Origin: Candidatus Geocrenenecus dongiae
Lineage (GTDB): Archaea; Thermoproteota; Nitrososphaeria_A; Caldarchaeales; Wolframiiraptoraceae
DNA length: 24,000 nt
Assembly: GCA_023267855.1 (NCBI GenBank)
Contig: JALNLN010000019.1
Location: forward strand, 5,546 to 29,545
Direction: 5' to 3'
Every line of letters starts with the position of its first letter. The stretch's first letter is position 1. Shown here in pieces: positions 18,360-24,000 of the stretch. Under the pieces are notes generated by a model. It was not told the DNA's origin. It was given only the letters and a program-made list of their open reading frames with translations, and searched no databases. The translations under genes and the position numbers were made by a program.

Positions 18360-18791
18360 TTAGATAAATAAAGTTATACTGCTTTCTTTAGCTTTTTCTA
18401 AGAATTCTCCTACCCCAACTACACCGTCTATCAGTTCTGATAATTCTTCTTTCTTCATCTGGAATAAATCGTAAGTCATAGCACATGCATATATTTTCAC
18501 GTTCCCAAGTTCTTTAGCTTGTCTAAGCATCTCTATCCAATGGGGTACATTCTTTGCCTTGAATACGTTCATCACGAGCGGGGCCATTTCTTCAAAGTCT
18601 TTAGAGATCTTTCCAGGCTTATTGAGCTGGTCTTTTCTAAATGCGTTGAGACCCCAGAATGTGAGAAATATCTCTACATCCATACCCATGGCCGTAGCTC
18701 CAGATGCTAGTATCGCTACTGGGTAAAGCTTATCCACAGTTCCTGAAAAAGCTATAATTGAAAGCTTCTCTTTCTTAACCTGACCATTCAT
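18360..18791 (-). CDS. DsrE/DsrF-like (DsrE2-type) sulfur-relay family protein
   Basis: IIAFSGTVDKLYPVAILASGATAMGMDVEIFLTFWGLNAFRK...NVKIYACAMTYDLFQMKKEELSELIDGVVGVGEFL; adjacent to TusA and SQR-like genes. Confidence 0.85.
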   Translation of the reverse strand: MNGQVKKEKLSIIAFSGTVDKLYPVAILASGATAMGMDVEIFLTFWGLNAFRKDQLNKPGKISKDFEEMAPLVMNVFKAKNVPHWIEMLRQAKELGNVKIYACAMTYDLFQMKKEELSELIDGVVGVGEFLEKAKESSITLFI

Positions 18792-19069
18792 AATAAGAAA
18801 TATCTTGTAAGAACGTAATAAGTCTTCTTGAGTAACAACTTTATGGAATGAAGCGGTTATTCGAAATCAACACAAGAAAATGTTTTCTCACTACATTTCA
18901 GCCTCATGAAATAAATAGACCTTTAAGCAAAAACTGTACATAACCTTCCCAATATTAGATGTCCCAGAAGTTTTTGAAGATTTCTTTAATTTTAAACTTG
19001 ACCAGATAAACTATAGTAGATGAGGTGGTGTGTAATGTTTTTTACTAGACTCTACTCTTATCTTACTGG

Positions 19070-19228
19070 ATGAGTAGTAAAAGTAGGAGGAATATTGTTA
19101 AGTGTCCTAACTGTGGACATGTTTTCGAGGTTAGTTATTCTAGAGTCTTTTCATGTGGTGGATGCCCATCTGTTATCTCATGTAAATACGTTAAGTGTCC
19201 AGAATGTGGTTACGAATTCCAAAAATAA
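19070..19228 (+). CDS. Small zinc-ribbon protein (52 aa), absent from the supplied ORF track
   Basis: ATG...TAA frame: MSSKSRRNIVKCPNCGHVFEVSYSRVFSCGGCPSVISCKYVKCPECGYEFQK, with multiple CxxC knuckles. Confidence 0.6.
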   Translation: MSSKSRRNIVKCPNCGHVFEVSYSRVFSCGGCPSVISCKYVKCPECGYEFQK

Positions 19229-19417
19229 TTACATAGCTACATGGAAATTAACGTATCTGAAATCTAAACTTCATCCTCTATTCAAGATTACACTAAAAAT
19301 ATACCACACTATCAGATTAACTGGTTTTCTCTTTCTCTTAACTGAAAAATGACTATTTTAGAGAAATAACTCGTGGAGCAGAAAAATGTAAATGAAAAAA
19401 TTTGGAGAAGTGAGGCA

Positions 19418-19774
19418 TTACTTTTTCTTTTTAGCTTTCTTAGCTGGCTTTACTACCGGCTTCTTTAAAGCTTTCTCTTTAAGATATAGAAATACGCTTT
19501 TCTCAACATAGTTATTGAGTTCTTCTAAGATTTTCTTAGCGTCTTCACTTTCAAAAGCTTTCTTGAATGTTTCTTCATTTCTGAAATCCATTTCCACGCA
19601 ACAATCAATAGGGGTTTCTGTTATCTGGTAGCCTCCTTGAACAAATTTTACTGATGCTGATCTGAGACCTGGAAGGGTTTTCAAGAACTTGCCGTACTTC
19701 TTCACAACGTATTGTTGGAAATCTTCAACAGAGATATCTGCTTTCTTCTTTAACTCTTGAATAACTTTCAGCAT
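19418..19774 (-). CDS. Hypothetical protein, EthD/dimeric alpha-beta barrel-like, with a Lys-rich tail
   Basis: ADISVEDFQQYVVKKYGKFLKTLPGLRSASVKFVQG...CCVEMDFRNEETFKKAFESEDAKKILEELNNYV resembles EthD-type domains. Confidence 0.5.
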   Translation of the reverse strand: MLKVIQELKKKADISVEDFQQYVVKKYGKFLKTLPGLRSASVKFVQGGYQITETPIDCCVEMDFRNEETFKKAFESEDAKKILEELNNYVEKSVFLYLKEKALKKPVVKPAKKAKKKK

Positions 19775-20050
19775 ATTAATAACATTATAAAACCTGCTTT
19801 TAAGATTTACTCTTTATTTTTAGAATGACGTTCTACAATATCAAATTCGGATCTTCTAATTATTTCCTCACGATGGTAGCTTATTTTGACAATTTTATGA
19901 TGAATTTCGATTATCATAGTAATGTAGTTTGGGGATTAGGTAGAGGCGTTCCACACGCCCCTATAGTCTACTTTCTTCTTAATATTATTGAAGAAGTGTT
20001 CCTTTTTTATAAATCTTAAAAAGGTTGTTTGATTATGATGTTTTGAGGAA

Positions 20051-20746
20051 TTGGTGACAGAGATAGTATTTGAACCAGGTGCTGAAAGGCTACATGTTAG
20101 AGATAGTGTATTTATAGAAGGTCTTCCAGGTGTAGGATTGGTTGCGAAAACCGCTGTCGCTTACTTGTTGAGTAAACTAGAAGCTAGGAAAGTTTGCCGA
20201 TTCTATTCAGCACATTTTCCGAATCTTGTTTATGTTAGAGATGGTAGATTTATACCGAATTTCGCTGATTTATACGTTGTAGAGAAGCCTAGACCACTAC
20301 TACTACTCTACGGGAACGCTCAGCCAACTTCAAGTTATGGACAACACGATTTCTGCGAGAAAGTACTAGATGTTGTTATAAATCTTGGAGCAAACTTCAT
20401 AATAACTCTTGGAGGATATGGTAAAGAAGAAGTCTCAGAGATAAGAGAAGTCTATGTTTCTTCAACTAGACATGAAACTATACTGAGAGTACTAAGAAAG
20501 ATTCCTGCTAAGACTTATGCTGGACAGATAGTTGGAGCTGCAGGATTACTAATAACACTTGCTGAAGAACGTGGGCTTGATAATCTCTCGATGCTCGTTG
20601 AATCTTCAGAGATGGTTCCAGATTACTATGCAGCTAAGAGAGCAATAGATTCTGTAAACGACTTACTTGACCTCGAACTTCAAGTTGGAGATGTAGATGA
20701 GGTATCTAGAGTCTACAGCTCAATACTCTACAAGTTAGAGTACTGA
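20051..20746 (+). CDS. PAC2-family protein (proteasome assembly chaperone-like)
   Basis: FIEGLPGVGLVAKTAVAYLLSKLEA...YSAHFPNLVYVRDGRF...LITLGGYG and GAAGLLITLAEERGL motifs. Confidence 0.85.
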   Translation: MVTEIVFEPGAERLHVRDSVFIEGLPGVGLVAKTAVAYLLSKLEARKVCRFYSAHFPNLVYVRDGRFIPNFADLYVVEKPRPLLLLYGNAQPTSSYGQHDFCEKVLDVVINLGANFIITLGGYGKEEVSEIREVYVSSTRHETILRVLRKIPAKTYAGQIVGAAGLLITLAEERGLDNLSMLVESSEMVPDYYAAKRAIDSVNDLLDLELQVGDVDEVSRVYSSILYKLEY

Positions 20747-20755
20747 GGTATCTTT

Positions 20756-21454
20756 ATGAGGGCTGGAAGACAAGAAGTAATGGGTAAAGGAATTTATGTT
20801 GAAGAATTCTTCGGGACACCCGAGGTGGGGCTGTTCGCAGTAGTTACAGAGAATATTTGTATAGTTCCACCACAACTTAAACCTAGACAAGAGAAGCTTA
20901 TATCTACAGTCTTTGAGGTAGAGGTGGTGAAGACAACTATAGCTGGATCCTACTTGATAGGGCCTCTCGTAGCTGGGAATAGTTATGGGCTCGTTATATC
21001 AAAGTTAGCTTTAGAAGAGGAGGTAGAGAAGATAAGAAGTATTGTAAGAGATCTAAACATTCTTCTACTTGAAAGCGTATACACTGCCGCAGGCAACCTA
21101 ATACTTACAAATGATAGAGCCGCACTCGTAAGTACATACTTCAGTAAGAAAGAGGTCAAGATGATAGAAGACACTCTTAATGTAGAAATTGTGCAGGGAA
21201 TGATTGCTCAAAGACCTTACGTCGGATCAATCTCAGTAGTAACTAATAATGGTGGACTGATACATGTAGAATCAACTGAAGAAGAAGTGAAATCTCTTTC
21301 AAAATATTTTAAAGTAGAATTTTTTCCTGGCACAGTTAATGATGGGGTTAAGTTTGTTAGAAGTGGAATTATAGCAAATAGTAGAGGAGCTGTAGTTGGT
21401 GCAAGAACAACAGGCCCTGAGTTAATGGTTATATCCAGAGCGTTGGGCGTGTAG
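20756..21454 (+). CDS. eif6: Translation initiation factor 6 (aIF6)
   Basis: FFGTPEVGLFAVVTENICIVPP, VVKTTIAGSYLIGPLVAGNSYGLVI, NDRAALVST, GTVNDGVKFVRSGIIANSRGAVVGARTTGPELMVI. The true start may be downstream of the annotated one. Confidence 0.93.
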   Translation: MRAGRQEVMGKGIYVEEFFGTPEVGLFAVVTENICIVPPQLKPRQEKLISTVFEVEVVKTTIAGSYLIGPLVAGNSYGLVISKLALEEEVEKIRSIVRDLNILLLESVYTAAGNLILTNDRAALVSTYFSKKEVKMIEDTLNVEIVQGMIAQRPYVGSISVVTNNGGLIHVESTEEEVKSLSKYFKVEFFPGTVNDGVKFVRSGIIANSRGAVVGARTTGPELMVISRALGV

Positions 21455-21455
21455 T

Positions 21456-21767
21456 TTAACGGTATATCTGGACGTGGGGTATACCGCCAACCTTAATTAC
21501 AGCTCCTTCATCTATCATTCCACGTTTCAATGCATAACCTACAATTCTATCTCCAAGTAAGTTTATTATTGTAGCTTCTTTGAAAGATTTATCGAGTTCT
21601 TCTTCTCCAACAATATATCCTCCATAAAACGCTCTACTAATTTCTATCGAAAATCCTTTACGAATTTCTATACTCTTCTCAAGAAGTTCCTCATCACATA
21701 CAGCTACGACAACTTCTCCAGTCTTAGAATGATGTATCTTTACCCAGAATCTACCACCCATCTCCAA
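21456..21767 (-). CDS. DUF424-like protein
   Basis: 103 aa: FWVKIHHSKTGEVVVAVCDEELLEKSIE...INLLGDRIVGYALKRGMIDEGAVIKVGGIPHVQIYR. Confidence 0.65.
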   Translation of the reverse strand: MEMGGRFWVKIHHSKTGEVVVAVCDEELLEKSIEIRKGFSIEISRAFYGGYIVGEEELDKSFKEATIINLLGDRIVGYALKRGMIDEGAVIKVGGIPHVQIYR

Positions 21768-22000
21768 CTCTTCTCCAATACTCTAACCTAAACTAAAAAT
21801 GTAATCCATAATCTTAAGTCTTCTCTTTCAAATAATGGGATAAGACTCTAAAACATAAATCCCCTTATTCAGTTTTTAGATAAGATTTTTAATATCCTTT
21901 TCTCATGTACTTTAATAATCTAAACGTTTTATGTAAGGTTTTTCAAAAACTTTTAACCGTTACTTCCTTAGTTATTAAAGAAGGGAGAGTGTAGTTACTT

Positions 22001-22729
22001 ATGTTTGAGAAGGAACCTGATAAAACTACTAAAGAAGTCTTGATGGCTAGGATAGCTGGCGAGATAATCTTATCGGAATCTCCGGGTAATGTTATGAGGA
22101 AGTGGAGACAGCTTTTCGAATTAAATCAGAGTGAACTTGCAAAATACATGAATATATCTCCATCTGTTCTAAGTGATTACGAAAATAATAGGAGGAAGTC
22201 TCCCGGAGCATCATTCATCAGGAAGTTTGTTAAAGCATTGATAGAAGCTGATCTTCAGAGAGGTGGTGTGCATTTTAGACGTTACTCGATGCTTCATAGA
22301 GATCTAAGCGTAGCCATACTAGATATGGGAGAATTTAATGTGCCTAGAACAATTAAAGAAATTTCTGAAGCTTTAGAAGGAGTTCTATTTGTAGGCAAAG
22401 ATTGGGATAATGAGTTAGTCTATGGATACACTATAGTAGATAGTCTTGCAGCAATAAAAAACTTGGAAGCACTTGATTTTCTATATCTCTTTGGAAAGAA
22501 CCCTACCAGGGTAATAGTTTTCACAAAAGTAAGTAGAGGTAGATCTCCAATGGTTGCTGTCCGCCTATACCCAATAAAACCTAAAATGATAGTTATACAT
22601 GGACCTAGAATTCCAGAAGAAGTTGATAGTTTCGCTATAGAGTTAGCTGAACTTGAAGGTGTATCTTTCTGCTTATCATTACTAAAAACCTTAGATGAGT
22701 TAATGGATCGTTTGAGAAAACTCATCTAG
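22001..22729 (+). CDS. XRE-type helix-turn-helix transcriptional regulator with archaeal C-terminal domain
   Basis: WRQLFELNQSELAKYMNISPSVLSDYENNRRKSPGASFIRKFVKAL is a clear HTH_3-type domain; the remainder is uncharacterised. Confidence 0.8.
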   Translation: MFEKEPDKTTKEVLMARIAGEIILSESPGNVMRKWRQLFELNQSELAKYMNISPSVLSDYENNRRKSPGASFIRKFVKALIEADLQRGGVHFRRYSMLHRDLSVAILDMGEFNVPRTIKEISEALEGVLFVGKDWDNELVYGYTIVDSLAAIKNLEALDFLYLFGKNPTRVIVFTKVSRGRSPMVAVRLYPIKPKMIVIHGPRIPEEVDSFAIELAELEGVSFCLSLLKTLDELMDRLRKLI

Positions 22730-22829
22730 AATTTAGTCAGTATGCTACCAACTTTCCATCTTCCATTAGTTTTATTTCCTTCCATACTATCTTACTGGAT
22801 ATTTCCTCAACTATTCTTTATCTTCCTTT

Positions 22830-23768
22830 CTATCTAGATTCTATTCCAGCTATTAGTATTGGAAGGATTAGTGTTGCATCTCCATATACTGTTACATATT
22901 CTGCGTTTTCTTTTAATTTTCCCCATGTAATTGCTTCTGAGAGACGTGCACCACTTAGGCTTCCATCATATTCTACTGCCGTAGTTATCTGTACAGCGTA
23001 GTCTAAACCACCGCTAAACTGGTTCCACCAGAGGAGGAAATGTTTACTTATTCCTCCGCCGATTATCAATGCTCCAGAACATTTTGATTTAAAGGTTATT
23101 TCTGCAAGCTTATCTAGATCTCTGAAGAGGTTTAGTTTGAAGTCTCTATGTTTTTGGTGAAATAGCCAGATACAGGTTCCAATAGCTCCATCCACTATCC
23201 CTGGGACAAATATCTCGATTTCTCTCTTGTAAGCTGTTCTAAGTATCGTGTCTTCATCTTCAATATACTCTCCGAGAAGTCTACATAACTCGAAGCTACC
23301 TATCTCTCTAATTCCTTGGTCGTAAACATATTCTAGAAATTTATCCATAAACTTCTCTAGAGTTTCTCCATAGGATTTAGATGGTATGTAGATTGAGCCG
23401 AGTCTATGTATCCTTGATCTAGAAAGTTCTACATCATCTGATTCGAACTCTCCTGAATAGTATCCTGAAATACTTCTAGCTATATCATGATCCAACATAC
23501 CGCAGGTAGTAACAACTTTATGGAAATATCTTTCTCTCAAAGATTTAACTATGACTCCACGTGTACCTGTAGCTATGGGTGCAGCTGGAAATGAAATCCA
23601 CCTAACACAATCATCTTTACTCACCATCTTACGTAAAATGTCTACAGCTTTGGAAACATAGTAACATACGAATCCACCACTTTTCTGGAACTGTTTGATG
23701 AGCTCGGAGATAGATGTCTCTCCAGATACTTCTAGATCCCGTACACTCTCAAAACTCTTCTTCAACAT
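22830..23768 (-). CDS. dys: Deoxyhypusine synthase
   Basis: TTCGMLDHDIAR, IFVPGIVDGAIGT, LIIGGGISKHFLLWWNQFSGGLDYAVQITTAVEYDGSLSGARLSEAITWGKL, retaining the catalytic-region WGK. Confidence 0.93.
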   Translation of the reverse strand: MLKKSFESVRDLEVSGETSISELIKQFQKSGGFVCYYVSKAVDILRKMVSKDDCVRWISFPAAPIATGTRGVIVKSLRERYFHKVVTTCGMLDHDIARSISGYYSGEFESDDVELSRSRIHRLGSIYIPSKSYGETLEKFMDKFLEYVYDQGIREIGSFELCRLLGEYIEDEDTILRTAYKREIEIFVPGIVDGAIGTCIWLFHQKHRDFKLNLFRDLDKLAEITFKSKCSGALIIGGGISKHFLLWWNQFSGGLDYAVQITTAVEYDGSLSGARLSEAITWGKLKENAEYVTVYGDATLILPILIAGIESR

Positions 23769-23906
23769 TCACCAGCATTCCAGAAATGTAAAATTCTCTA
23801 TATAAGAATCTAGCGTGGGAATTTAGACTTGTTGGAGAATATTTCCTTAATGTTCTCACATACGCATAAAATTTTTATATTGCATGAAGACATAACTCTG
23901 GTTGTC

Positions 23907-24000
23907 TTGAAAAAGTTGGAGAGATCTGTAAAGAATAGAGTTATAGCTGGAGTTATTGGAGGACTAGCAGAGTATTTGGGAGTAGATGCTAATTTACTTA
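23907..24000 (+). CDS. PspC-domain protein (N-terminal fragment, truncated by the window end)
   Basis: In-frame LKKLERSVKNRVIAGVIGGLAEYLGVDANLL matches the PspC domain opening; start codon uncertain (TTG suggested). Confidence 0.55.
   Translation, partial: MKKLERSVKNRVIAGVIGGLAEYLGVDANLL

Noticed and set aside
19825-20019. 64-aa plus-strand ORF in the gap before the PAC2-family gene
   Set aside because: No recognisable domain and a composition dominated by AT-rich codons; coding potential could not be supported.

Overview
AT-rich window from what looks like a hyperthermophilic member of the Thermoproteota (Crenarchaeota). This is inferred from gene content (L15e, S15, Pcc1, TFE, aIF6, Trm56, deoxyhypusine synthase, PurP). 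Most of the window is ordinary chromosomal coding sequence: an ECF transporter end, a phosphoribosyltransferase and two tandem PurP-like genes; a Zn/Mn-type ABC transporter with a DtxR-like regulator; an L15e-S15-DHH/RecJ-like-Pcc1 cluster; a surface-type membrane protein; guaA; tfe-trm56; an SQR-like/TusA/DsrE sulfur cluster; PAC2-like and aIF6; and dys. The least ordinary part is 12.95-16.7 kb. It is bounded by two tRNA-Val genes that are identical outside the anticodon loop, one of which carries an 18-nt intron. It contains a 5'-truncated TnpB with a structured, omegaRNA-like right end (about 14433-14555), an orphan ORF whose start codon sits in a hairpin just beyond that end, and a solitary 24-nt CRISPR-repeat-like sequence directly after the trm56 stop codon. 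The first PurP paralog has lost the glycine-rich motif kept by the second, so it may have a different function. No complete new defence or mobile system is demonstrable from this window alone.
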